A stretch of DNA of 43,303 bases from Planctomycetota bacterium (GCA_947501605.1 CANMWZ010000039.1:1-43303), one strand, 5' to 3'; positions 1 through 9,435 are shown, counted from the first letter of the stretch. Notes: a model not told the origin generated them from the letters alone. Program-made: numbers and translations.

Positions 1-14
1 CTGCTGTAGAGGCT

Positions 15-467
15 TTGGTCATGGCGAAGGAGTGGGGTTTGGCCTTGAGGCTGGCGAAGACAGACAAGGCAGCCATTGGGTTTGTACTGAAACGCATGGC
101 TGAGGTGGGCGATCAGGTGCGCGCAACTCAGTTCCTGGCCTTCTTGGAAGGGTGGGAGAGAGAGGCGGCTGTAGCAAGCTTGGCGAACTGCGCGTGGGAG
201 AGGGGAGACATGGAGGCGTTTCAGAAGCACATGAAGGATTTGGAGGCAGGATTCTCTGGGTGGAACTCCGGAGAGTCGGTGTATGGAACCTGGTTTCAGG
301 GAGAACGGCAAAGGGCCCCCATTGCCACGAGTTATGGAAGGATGCTGGCTCGTAGCAACGACATGCGGGAGGTGTGGAAATGGTGGTCTGATAAGAACGG
401 TATGAGCGCCAACATCAAGGCATGTGTGGCTATGGGCATTGCAAGGTATCTCGTCGACAGGAGGTAG
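15..467 (+). CDS. Hypothetical protein, probably the 3' part of a gene starting before the window; atypical lower-GC composition
   Basis: Open frame with protein-like helical composition and many A/T-ending codons unlike the rest of the window; no motif recognised. Confidence 0.5.
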   Translation: MVMAKEWGLALRLAKTDKAAIGFVLKRMAEVGDQVRATQFLAFLEGWEREAAVASLANCAWERGDMEAFQKHMKDLEAGFSGWNSGESVYGTWFQGERQRAPIATSYGRMLARSNDMREVWKWWSDKNGMSANIKACVAMGIARYLVDRR

Positions 468-861
468 ATTGCCGGTGGTGTCGAGCCCTAGTGGTAGCGC
501 GCACGCTCAATTTGTGATGCATGCGACGCGACTCCGCAGGTAGCGAAGAGGTGATGAAACCCGCGAGAGCATGGCCTGCGAATCCCTCGTCCTGAGTGCA
601 ATCGGCGTAGCGGCCGGTTGAGGGTCGTCGATTGGGTCCGGCCTCTTAAGGCGCGGCAAGCAAGATGCGATGTGCGGCCCTCGGTTGAAGTGGTTTGCGG
701 TCTTGCTCGACGCCACGACTGTCATTCCCTGACCGAGCGGCTTCGCGCGAGTTCGAGCGGGATCGTAGGGAAGTGCGCGGACTTGTCAGCAGCGCTCTCT
801 CGCGCTAACCTCAGCATCCATCAGCTGCTCTAACCCGCGACACCCCAAGCGCTTGGCGCCG

Positions 862-906
862 ATGGGGTGCAGGGGGTCGGAGGTTCAAATCCTCTCGCTC
901 CGACCA
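862..906 (+). other. 3' fragment of tRNA-Pro(GGG), from the anticodon loop to CCA; probable att site of an integrated element
   Basis: ATGGGGT-GCAGG-GGGTC-GGAGG-TTCAAAT-CCTCT-CGCTCCG-A-CCA gives the anticodon loop, 3' anticodon stem, T arm, 3' acceptor strand and CCA; the upstream sequence has no 5' acceptor strand or D arm. Confidence 0.85.
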
Positions 907-981
907 CTTTCTTTCTTCTCCCCGCGCCGACTGCTCGGCTGTCGTACTTCCCGACCTTTGGGGCCCAGCCCGTGGCCGCCC

Positions 982-1893
982 TCAGCGGGGCGCCGGACCC
1001 TGCTCCAGCTGTTCCATCTGGCGCAATTGCGTCGGCGATAGCCAGACCCTGGGCTCGGAACCGAGCGTGAGCGCCGCATGCACCTTGGTGCGCTGCATGG
1101 GGGTCAGTTCGAGCTTCGCGTAGATCGTGCCTAGGAGCGCGTGCTGCTGATCGCTGGGGTCCGCGACCTTCAGGCTCTCGGCAACGACTGGTTTGCAGCT
1201 CTTCGCGGTGGCGCGGTCGCTGAGTTCGAGCTTGGTGAGGACCTCCGGGCGAAACGTGACCTCCACGACTTCGGCGCCGTTGGCAAACGCCGACTTGGTC
1301 GTAACCACGCCGTCGAGCGAACCGAGCACGGCCTCGCCTTCCCAGAAGCAGTGCATTTGGAACACGGCGGTCGCGGTGTTGGGTGCGCTCTCGTGGAAAG
1401 CGACCTGCAAGTAGCCAGGGACGGGGCGGTTGGCCTTCGTCAGCGAAGCGATCATGCGCGCGGCGATGCGATGTGCGTCGAACAGCAGATCTTGGCGAGG
1501 TAGCAGGTCCTTGCCGCTCTGGTCCAGAAAGCGCACGACGGGGTTGTTCCACGCCGGCTCTTCGAAGCGCTCTCGGATCTTGCCTTCGGCGCCCTCGACA
1601 TTGTTGCGCACGACCACCGGCACAAAGCACTGTTCGATCGCGTCCTTGAGCAGCGGGTGGCTGAGCACGTTCTGGCCAAATCCGGTGCAGGTCTCGCAGC
1701 CAGGCACCTCCTGGAACAGCAAGAACAGGGGCTTCTGCTGCTGTTTTGCGTCCGCGAGCGCAGCCTCGAAGTCGCGCTGCCAGACAACCGTCCCAAGCTC
1801 TTTCTGCGGCGTCGGTGGCGCGGGACTGTCTTGGGCCGTGGTGGGGGCGATGCAGGCGGGCAAGGACAACAGCGTGCGGAGGATGCGGTTCAT
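982..1893 (-). CDS. Exported thioredoxin-like protein of the VPGUxxT (seleno)protein family type, Cys form, with a C-terminal MsrA-like domain
   Basis: Signal peptide; LFLLFQEVPGCETC..G..VLSHPL; EPAWNNPVVRF; C-terminal MHCFWEGEAVLGSLDGVVTT resembles the MsrA GCFW motif. Confidence 0.8.
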   Translation of the reverse strand: MNRILRTLLSLPACIAPTTAQDSPAPPTPQKELGTVVWQRDFEAALADAKQQQKPLFLLFQEVPGCETCTGFGQNVLSHPLLKDAIEQCFVPVVVRNNVEGAEGKIRERFEEPAWNNPVVRFLDQSGKDLLPRQDLLFDAHRIAARMIASLTKANRPVPGYLQVAFHESAPNTATAVFQMHCFWEGEAVLGSLDGVVTTKSAFANGAEVVEVTFRPEVLTKLELSDRATAKSCKPVVAESLKVADPSDQQHALLGTIYAKLELTPMQRTKVHAALTLGSEPRVWLSPTQLRQMEQLEQGPAPR

Positions 1894-1984
1894 GGCGGCG
1901 GTGCTACGAGCCAATGGGATCCACGTTGCAAGGGTTCGGCGGCTTCCGTCAAACCGGTGCGCTGGGGCATCGTCGGGGGCGCAA

Positions 1985-3103
1985 CTAGTCGATCACGCGC
2001 CGCCGCGTTTGCGACACGTCCAGCATGGTCTCCTTCAGGGTTCCGCGGTGTAGATGCGTCACCGTGATCTTGTCCTTGGTCACGAGCTGATCGTGAACGT
2101 GTGCAAGGCACTCCGAATGGCAAGTCTCCTGACCGCCATAGCGGACAATCAGATCGCCGCCGAGCATCAGTTGACGACCATCGATCGTCGCCGCAATCGT
2201 GCCACCCTCGAGGCCGGCAGTGGCAGCGGGACTGTTTGGGGCGACGCGCTGGACCAGCAAGCCGCCTGGCAAGTCGAGGTGAAACAAGCGCGACAGTTCG
2301 TCGTGACTCAAGAAGGTGGCCTGGATGCCCGTCCAAATGCGATCTTCGAGTGCCAGGAGCTGCTTTGCCGTGTTGATTGCGACAACGAAGCCGAGCCCTT
2401 CGGAGCCGCCGCCGGTTGTCGAGATGCGCGAGGTGATGCCGACGACTTTGCCCGACGAATCGAACACCGGGCCGCCGCTGTTGCCGGAGTTGATGGCTGC
2501 ATCCGTCTGCAAGAAGCGCGCGAGGATCGTCCCGTCGTAGAGCTGGCTGAACTCGCGGATCGCACTGAGCCGCCCGACCGTCAGAGTGTTTTCGAGACCG
2601 CGCGGATTGCCGATCACGAACAGGTTCTGGCCGATCACCAGACTCGACGAATCGCCCATGACCGCATGCGGCAGGCGCGCATCGGTCTCGGCCAAGCGGA
2701 GCAACGCAAGGTCGGCGTCGGGCTCGGAGAACACCACGGCGGCGTCATGGAGCGTGCCATCCTGAGTCTTGACCACAATGCGAGTCGCCTCGTCGACGAC
2801 GTGCGCCGCGGTCAGGACGTGGTGCTTCTCGGTGATGAGGACGCCGGTGCCGAGGCCGGTGAACGGTTGGGTCCCCGGGGCCTTGTTCGACATCGGGCTC
2901 GCCATCGCGGTCTGGATCGTGACGACGGTCGGCAAGGCTCTGGCATAGAGCTGCGCGGTGCGTAGTTCGTCCTCAGTGAGACCGGGCGGGATCTGGCTTG
3001 GTCGCTGCGCCTGCTGGTGTTCCGGACCCGGAGCCTGCTGCGCTTGCGCGCAGACGATCATGGCCGAGAGTACGAGAAGTTGACGAAGGCAGCGCGGTGG
3101 CAT
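1985..3103 (-). CDS. HtrA/DegS-like trypsin serine protease with PDZ domain
   Basis: GLGTGV, LTAAHVV, DLALL and QTDAAINSGNSGGP catalytic motifs; PDZ VAPNSPAATAGL; signal peptide. Confidence 0.93.
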   Translation of the reverse strand: MPPRCLRQLLVLSAMIVCAQAQQAPGPEHQQAQRPSQIPPGLTEDELRTAQLYARALPTVVTIQTAMASPMSNKAPGTQPFTGLGTGVLITEKHHVLTAAHVVDEATRIVVKTQDGTLHDAAVVFSEPDADLALLRLAETDARLPHAVMGDSSSLVIGQNLFVIGNPRGLENTLTVGRLSAIREFSQLYDGTILARFLQTDAAINSGNSGGPVFDSSGKVVGITSRISTTGGGSEGLGFVVAINTAKQLLALEDRIWTGIQATFLSHDELSRLFHLDLPGGLLVQRVAPNSPAATAGLEGGTIAATIDGRQLMLGGDLIVRYGGQETCHSECLAHVHDQLVTKDKITVTHLHRGTLKETMLDVSQTRRRVID

Positions 3104-3297
3104 GGGCAGGATCGACTCCGAGCCGGGCACATACGAGGCGTCGTGGCATGAGTGCCTTGGATAATGGTGTCCTCGCCATTGTCGCCTCGGGCTACAGGAC
3201 CTCGACTCGAGCGCCAGCGACTTGCTGACGGATTGCATGGGGCGTGGCCCGCTGCTGGCCCGTCACCCGCTCCGGGTCGCTGGCGCGGCGCGCCGGC

Positions 3298-4620
3298 TCA
3301 GTCGCTCAGCAAGCGTTCCATCTCGCCGCGCAGCACGCTGCTGCGCACCGGCTTGCTGAGATACCCGTCCATCCCGGCATCGAGACACCGGCGCTTGTCC
3401 TCGGCTTGGGCATTGGCGGTCAGTGCCAAGATCGGCACATTGCTGCAGTCGCCATCCAGTTCGCGCACTGCGCGCGTGGCTTCGTAGCCGTCCATGACGG
3501 GCATGCTGCAGTCCATCAGCACGATGTCGAAGCGTCCGTTCGCAATGGCCTCGACCGCAGCCCTGCCATCTGCAGCCTCTTCGATGGTGCAGCCCAGCCG
3601 TTCGAGCATACGGCGCATCAAGAGGCGGTTGCCGTCGTGGTCGTCGACCACGAGCACGCGATGCTGACCGCGCCACAAGGTGCCTTCGACTGCTGCGATC
3701 GGTTGCGCCTCGTTCGGTGCTTCGGGCAAGGTGCACCAGAAGCAGAACTCCGAACCCCTGCCAGGTTCGCTGCTCACCGTGATCTCGCCACCCATCAACC
3801 GGACCAGCTGCCGGCAGATGGCGAGACCGAGGCCCGTGCCGCCGTAGTGTCGCGTCGTGCTCACGTCCGCTTGCTGGAACACAGTGAACAGGCGTGATTG
3901 CGCCGCTTCTGCGATACCAATCCCGGTGTCGCGGACAGTGAATGCCAGCGTGTCCTTCTCGGGCCCTGGCCGGACGCGGACTTCGACCTCGCCGCTCGGC
4001 GTGAACTTGAGTGCGTTGGTGACCAGATTGAGCAGCACCTGCCGCAGACGGATGGGATCGCCCACTACGTACTTTGGCAGCTCGCTGTCGATCGAGTGCA
4101 TCAGCCGCAGACGCTTGCCCGCCGCAACCTCGCCTTGCAGTGCCAAGACTTCGAGAACGGTGTCTTCGAAGCGGAACGGGATGCGCTCGATGTGCATCTG
4201 GCCCGCCTCGACGCGGCTGTAGTCGAGTACGTCGTCGACGATCGTCTGCAGTGCAGACCCTGCCCGATAGAGCAGCCGGGCCAGTTCCATCGCTGGCGAT
4301 GGTAGATCGTGCTGCAGCAGCAACTCGGCGCTGCCGAGGATGCCGTGCAGCGGCGTGCGCAGTTCGTGGCTCATCACCGCGAGGAAGGAGCTCTTTGCTG
4401 CTGTTGTCTGCTCGGCGCTCGTCTTCGCGTGTCGCAATTCCTCGAGTAGTTGGTTCTGTTCCTCGTGGATCCGCAACATGGCGCGCTTGCTGCGGTCGGC
4501 CATGGTTTCCGACGTCACGGCAAGGCGCTGCGCTTGCGCGAGCTGACGCTGCACGATCCGCAGCTCGCGCTGCAGGCGGCCGACGTCGTCGTCGGAGGGT
4601 ATGTCAGAATGCAAGCTCAT
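3298..4620 (-). CDS. Cytoplasmic hybrid histidine kinase/response regulator without its own sensor domain
   Basis: AKSSFLAVMSHELRTPL (H box), LLNLVTNALKFT (N), DTGIGI, GGTGLGL (G2); receiver VLVVDD...VLMDCSMP...SKPV. Confidence 0.95.
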   Translation of the reverse strand: MSLHSDIPSDDDVGRLQRELRIVQRQLAQAQRLAVTSETMADRSKRAMLRIHEEQNQLLEELRHAKTSAEQTTAAKSSFLAVMSHELRTPLHGILGSAELLLQHDLPSPAMELARLLYRAGSALQTIVDDVLDYSRVEAGQMHIERIPFRFEDTVLEVLALQGEVAAGKRLRLMHSIDSELPKYVVGDPIRLRQVLLNLVTNALKFTPSGEVEVRVRPGPEKDTLAFTVRDTGIGIAEAAQSRLFTVFQQADVSTTRHYGGTGLGLAICRQLVRLMGGEITVSSEPGRGSEFCFWCTLPEAPNEAQPIAAVEGTLWRGQHRVLVVDDHDGNRLLMRRMLERLGCTIEEAADGRAAVEAIANGRFDIVLMDCSMPVMDGYEATRAVRELDGDCSNVPILALTANAQAEDKRRCLDAGMDGYLSKPVRSSVLRGEMERLLSD

Positions 4621-5765
4621 CGCCCGAGCAGCACGGTCACGCAGGTTTCGTTGTGGAACTCACTCAGTGCGCCGTGGGACGCCGGGCCGATCTCGCCAAA
4701 GCAGTAGCCGCCAGCGATCGCCGGCTCCACTCCGGCCCGTCGGAAGGTATCCAGCAACAGCCCGATCTCCTCTTCGGCGCGAGTTCCGAGCACCCACTTC
4801 CGCGCCGCGCAGCTGAACACGAAGGCGAGTAGCGGATCCTCGCCCCGATACGACTCGAGTGCCTTGTGCGCGGACTCGGTGGAACCGGCGAGGATGCCCT
4901 CGGGTAGGACCTCGGTGAGTCGGATGAGCGAGCCTTCGAGCACCTCGCCAGCAACGCGCAGACTGCCGCTGGCCAGATCGGAGTCGAGCACCGCACGCAA
5001 GTGGAAGGGACCGTCGCTTCCGTGCGGAAACACAGCGATCGGGTACTCACCGAGGCTGGCCTTCTGCGGCATCACGCCGAAGTAGTCGCACTACAGCTCG
5101 AGCGCCGGCCGACCGCCGATCTCTCGGATCCAGTGGCCATCGCTCTTGGTGACCACTTTGGGTTCGCCAATGGGGAACCAACCAGTGCCGATGCCGCAGC
5201 TGACAAAGAAGTCGCCCTCGAGAAACATCACCGGCAACGAATCGGTCAGCACCTCGCGACCGCAGAATTCGACCATCCGCGTGTACTCGCGATGGTCGCC
5301 CGTGAGGCCGCCGACGACGGGGCACTTCGATCCGAGTTCGTTCTGGAGCCGACGCACCACAGCGGTGCTGTTGCTGGTCGGTGCGAACACCGTCCAGCAC
5401 AGCCTGGTGTCAGGCCCGCGGCTCTGCAGGGCTTCGGTGATCGCGCGATTGGTGTCGAGGCTCAGGTTGCGGCCAAGACCGGTGCGTGCACGCAGGCCCT
5501 TGCCCGCGAGAATGGTCAAGAGGACTGAGTCGGCCGCGAATCCCGAGTTGGATATCTCGCCGTCGGTGCTGCCGCCGACCAGCGGCAGGCCGGGCCACTG
5601 CTCGGCGATTGCATCCAGCAGCGTCTGATGGTCGTAGTCAGTGCTGGCGAACAGGAAGGCAGCTACTGGTGCATCGCCTGCAAGTTGCTCGGTAGCCAGC
5701 GCAATGAGCTCGGCAACGGCAGTGGCCGCGTCGATCTCCTGCGTCTGCAGGGTCAGTGCCTTCAT
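4617..5765 (-). pseudogene. FIST N + FIST C signal transduction protein (NosP-like) interrupted by an in-frame TAG at 5091-5093
   Basis: ORFs 5091..5771 and 4617..5075 are in the same frame, separated by the TAG plus 5 sense codons (..PALEL*CDYFGV..); FIST motifs GGSTDGEI, VVGGLTGD, GW.PIG, FSCAAR, GYCFGEI, FHNET; ATGA overlap with the kinase. Confidence 0.85.
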
Positions 5766-5854
5766 AGGCACGAGCTATCGGCGCGAGCCTGCCTTCTGCG
5801 ACAGCGGCGCGAGCTGTGCCCGATGGCATCGGGCGCGGGCGGGGCTTCTCCTAC

Positions 5855-6613
5855 TTATCGCAAAGTCAAAAGGCCGGCTGCGACACGCTGGTGCAGCCTC
5901 GTGGCGAGTTGCTTGCGATCGGTCGCAGTCACGGGCTCTTCGCCAAATCGGATCGCGGCGCGCACCGAAGGCAAGCGCAGCAGCCCCGCGAGGTGCGGCA
6001 GGAAGGTCATGTTGCCCCACCAACAAACGCATGTCTTCGCCAGCGGACAGCCAGGTGGCGTCTCGTAGCGCAGCGTCGCGTAGTGTACCGGGATGCTGCG
6101 TTCGGCCGCGATCGCGAGCAAGGCCGGCCGGAACGGCAGGACCTCGTCGCCACCACTGCTGGTGCCTTCCGGGAAGAAGGTCACGCCGTGGCCGGCATCG
6201 AGCTCGCTCGCCATCGCAGCCGCGACCTTCGGCAGGCTTCGCTTGTCCTGCCGAACCAGGAACCGGACGTTGACCATCCGCGCCATGAAACCGATCACGG
6301 GCCACTGCGCGACTTCCGACTTCGACAGGAACGAGAGTGGTCGCAGCGAAGCCAGAACGAGGATGTCGAGGTAGGAGAGGTGGTTGGTGACCAAGAGGCA
6401 GCCGCCAGCAGGAATCGGTCCGGTCCGGTGCACGCGAACGCGCATCACCTGCAGGGCAGTCCTGGCCCACCAATGAATCACACGGTCGCGCCAATCAAGC
6501 CGGAGCCCGAACGGCCAAGCGACCACCATGCCGATGCAGAAGGCCGCAAAGCTGCAGAACGTGAGCAGCACCAGGAGGCAGGATCGCGTCGCGAGGCGCA
6601 GAGTCGGCGGCAT
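5855..6613 (-). CDS. Lysophospholipid acyltransferase (PlsC/OlsA family)
   Basis: NHLSYLD (HX4D), FLSKSEV..WP.IG, FFPEGT. Confidence 0.92.
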   Translation of the reverse strand: MPPTLRLATRSCLLVLLTFCSFAAFCIGMVVAWPFGLRLDWRDRVIHWWARTALQVMRVRVHRTGPIPAGGCLLVTNHLSYLDILVLASLRPLSFLSKSEVAQWPVIGFMARMVNVRFLVRQDKRSLPKVAAAMASELDAGHGVTFFPEGTSSGGDEVLPFRPALLAIAAERSIPVHYATLRYETPPGCPLAKTCVCWWGNMTFLPHLAGLLRLPSVRAAIRFGEEPVTATDRKQLATRLHQRVAAGLLTLR

Positions 6614-6633
6614 CGATCCGAGATCGTGCCGCT

Positions 6634-7416
6634 TCAGTCTGCTGGGAAGAAGAGCGCGCGTTGCCGCGGCGACAACTCGCCGACATCGAGCAAGACGAGG
6701 AAGTCGCTGGTCCCGAACTCGCGGTCGATCGCCGGTCCGCCGCAGACGCGTGCCCCGTAGCGGAGGTAGGTGTGGAACAGTGACGGGAGCTTGAAGGTCT
6801 CCAAGTCAGCGTTCGACGGCGCCGTGCCGACTGCGCCATAGCCGTCGCGGACCGACGTGCGGACCACGGCGTGATCGTGCCCCTGGCTTTGGAGCCAGGC
6901 CTTGGCTGTGAGCGCCAGCTGCGTATCGACGCCTGTCAGCGAGCAGCAGCCGAAGAGGTAGCGCTTGCCATGCAGCTGCAAGTAGGCGGCGATGCCGCGC
7001 CACAGTGCGAACAGGGCGACACCGCGACGGTGGTCGCGCGCGATGCAGGCGCGGCCGAGTTCCACCGAGTTGGCGACGATCTCGCTGGGCAGGTCGGCGA
7101 TCCGAAACTCGCTGTCGCAATAGAACCCGGCACCGGCGATGGCGCGCTCGGAGGTCTGCATGCGGTAGGTGCCGACGATCTGGTCCCGGGCTGAATCGAC
7201 CAGCATCAAGTGGTCACAGTGCTCGTCGAAGCGATCTTCGTCGCGGCCGAGTTCGGCCGCGCCCGCGAGTCCTTCACCGAGTTCCTGATGGAACACCTCG
7301 AACCGCACGCGCTGGACGGCGCGAAGGTCGTCGAGGGTCTCTGCGAGGCGTACGTGGTAATCACCTGCCTGGATTCCCATGTGGGCTACGGCAGATGGTC
7401 GCATGGAGTCGGACAT
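6634..7416 (-). CDS. GNAT-family N-acyltransferase of the OlsB (ornithine N-acyltransferase) type
   Basis: RVRFEVF.ELG, DEDRFDEHCDHL, VGTYRM, VELGRACI, YLFGCCSL, YLRYGARVCG.PAID.EF; directly upstream of a PlsC/OlsA-like gene. Confidence 0.85.
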   Translation of the reverse strand: MSDSMRPSAVAHMGIQAGDYHVRLAETLDDLRAVQRVRFEVFHQELGEGLAGAAELGRDEDRFDEHCDHLMLVDSARDQIVGTYRMQTSERAIAGAGFYCDSEFRIADLPSEIVANSVELGRACIARDHRRGVALFALWRGIAAYLQLHGKRYLFGCCSLTGVDTQLALTAKAWLQSQGHDHAVVRTSVRDGYGAVGTAPSNADLETFKLPSLFHTYLRYGARVCGGPAIDREFGTSDFLVLLDVGELSPRQRALFFPAD

Positions 7417-7566
7417 GACATGCCACCCGTTCTACGTCTGCGAGGCAAATCGTTCCGGCGAGCAAGGTCGAGAGCCTAGCTGCTCGGTGTGGCGAGCGCC
7501 TCGCTGGCTCGTACCACAGTGATTTCTCTACAACTGCCCCGCGCATATGCCGTAAAGGGGCCGCGA

Positions 7567-9234
7567 ATGTTCGGGGCAGTGCCAAGCTCGTTGATGGACG
7601 GTGTTGTTGACCTGGCACCGGCGTTCCTGCCGGTCGCCCTGTTCTTCGCGACCTTTGCCAGCGAGGACCTCGCCTGCATTTGGGCGGGGTTGCTCGTCGC
7701 CCGTGGCGATGCGTCGTTCCTGGAAGCGACCGCCGCCTGTGGTGCTGGAATCTTCGTTGGCGACCTAGGTCTCTACCTGCTGGGCCGACTCGCCGCCCGG
7801 GGATTGGTCCGCTGGGCGTGGGTTCGCAACCGACTGCCCAGTGCGGACCGATCCGCTACAGGTTGGCGGCAGCGGTTCGAGCGCCACGGCGCGAAGTACC
7901 TGTTTGCCTCGCGCTTCCTGCCGGGCAGTCGGTTGCCGCTCTACCTCGCTGCCGGCGCGATCCAGTGGCCGCTGCGGCCATTTGCGCTGGTCTTGGCGGT
8001 GGCGGCCGTGATCTGGACGCCGCTCCTCGTTGGCGCTGCCGCTATCCCTGGCTTCGCTGTGCAGGACGCGCTCGCTGACTACGGTCGCTACGCCTGGGTT
8101 GCAGTGCCGATCGTGTTCGTGGTGGGATTCCTGTTTGCCCGCATCGTCCCGCTGGCGTTCACCTGGCGCGGACGCCGGCTGCTTCTGGGCAAGTGGCGCC
8201 GACTCGTTGCTTGGGAGTACTGGCCGACTTGGTTGGTCTATCCGCCGGTGGTTCTGACGCTGATCGTCGAGGCCCTGCGCCACCGTTCTTTGCTCACGTT
8301 CACGGCCTGCAATCCGGGTATCCCGCACGGCGGTCTCGCCCTCGAATCGAAGGGGGACATTCTCGACCAGATGCTGCAGGGTCGCGATCTGGATGTGGCG
8401 GTTGCGCGCTACGTTCGGCTCGCCGTCAAGCACCCGCTGGACGAGCGGTTGGCCGAGGTCGAGCGCATGCTGGCCGATGGTCCTGTGGTGCTCAAGCCCG
8501 ACCAGGGCGAACGCGGTCAAGGTGTCGCGGTCATCCGCGAACTCGACCACGCGCGGCGGTGGCTGTTGGCGTGTCCCTACGATGCCATCCTCCAGGAGTA
8601 TGTCGGTGGAGTCGAGTATGGGATCGTCTGGCGTCGGCTCACGGATGGTCGGGGCGAGATCCGGTCCATTGCGCGCAAGGTCCCTCCGGTGCTCCTTGGC
8701 GACGGTGTGCGCACGCTCGAGCAGCTGGTGCTCACCGACGCCCGGGCATTGCCGATGGCCCGGTTCCACTTGGCTCGGCTCGAGGCTCGCCTCGACGAGA
8801 TCCCAGCCGCCGGGACGAGAGTCGTGCTCGGCGAACTTGGAACGCACTGCCGCGGGGCCACGTTTGTCGACGCCCGCGAGCTGCGGACTGCGTCCCTGGA
8901 ACGGTCGCTCGACACGTTCATGGCGGCGGCGAAGGGGTTGCACTTTGGCCGCTTCGACCTCCGCGCGCCGTCGGACCGGGAGTTTCAGGAAGGCCGCGGT
9001 CTGCGGATTCTCGAACTCAATGGCGTCACCGGCGAGCCGGCGCATGTCTACAACCCCGGCTACCCGTACTGGCGTGGCGTCGCTGACCTCTGCTCGCACT
9101 GGCGGGCGGCGTGCGCCACGGGTGTGAGCAACATGGCGCATGGGCACGAGGCGTCGACCGTTCGATCGATGTGGAAGCTCATCGTGGACGTGCGGCGGCG
9201 GGCTGCATTCGAGGCGCCGTCGGCGCGGCCCTAG
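7567..9234 (+). CDS. DedA/VTT membrane domain fused to a D-Ala-D-Ala-ligase-like ATP-grasp domain
   Basis: N-terminal ATFASEDLA..G, GD..LY..G, SRFLPG.RLP.Y.AAG (DedA); C-terminal WEYWP, VLKPDQGERGQGV, ILQEYV, FGRFDLR, ILELNG (ATP-grasp); alternative ATG at 7594. Confidence 0.85.
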   Translation: MFGAVPSSLMDGVVDLAPAFLPVALFFATFASEDLACIWAGLLVARGDASFLEATAACGAGIFVGDLGLYLLGRLAARGLVRWAWVRNRLPSADRSATGWRQRFERHGAKYLFASRFLPGSRLPLYLAAGAIQWPLRPFALVLAVAAVIWTPLLVGAAAIPGFAVQDALADYGRYAWVAVPIVFVVGFLFARIVPLAFTWRGRRLLLGKWRRLVAWEYWPTWLVYPPVVLTLIVEALRHRSLLTFTACNPGIPHGGLALESKGDILDQMLQGRDLDVAVARYVRLAVKHPLDERLAEVERMLADGPVVLKPDQGERGQGVAVIRELDHARRWLLACPYDAILQEYVGGVEYGIVWRRLTDGRGEIRSIARKVPPVLLGDGVRTLEQLVLTDARALPMARFHLARLEARLDEIPAAGTRVVLGELGTHCRGATFVDARELRTASLERSLDTFMAAAKGLHFGRFDLRAPSDREFQEGRGLRILELNGVTGEPAHVYNPGYPYWRGVADLCSHWRAACATGVSNMAHGHEASTVRSMWKLIVDVRRRAAFEAPSARP

Positions 9235-9285
9235 GAGTCCCTGGAAGGGCGCGTGCTGGCTGCGCGCCCGGCGACCGGGTCGACA

Positions 9286-9341
9286 CTGGGTAACCGGGTG
9301 GACTGGGCAACCGGGTGGATTGGGTAACCGGGTGGATTGGG
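9286..9341 (+). repeat. Tandem 17-bp repeat, 3.3 copies, (C/T)TGGG(T/C)AACCGGGTGGA; G-quadruplex-type pattern
   Basis: Units at 9286-9302, 9303-9319 and 9320-9336 plus partial TTGGG at 9337-9341; seven GGG tracts with 5-6 nt loops. Confidence 0.9.
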
Positions 9342-9435
9342 CGTCGCGCGCCTTCGATCTGGAAAACACTTCTTTGGACCTCGGTGCGGCGGTGCTCGTA
9401 GCACGAGGCGGAGCCCCCGTGGCGCCGCATTCCTC

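Noticed and set aside
830..906. Intact tRNA-Pro gene
   Set aside because: No 5' acceptor strand (CGGAGCG expected), D arm or 5' anticodon stem upstream of 862
5091..5093. Pyrrolysine or recoded TAG in the FIST gene
   Set aside because: TAG is a true stop elsewhere in the window (e.g. 1985-1987, 9232-9234, 34463-34465), no pyl genes are visible, and a one-base change from Tyr explains it
9286..9341. CRISPR array
   Set aside because: Units are contiguous 17-mers with no spacers and there are no cas genes
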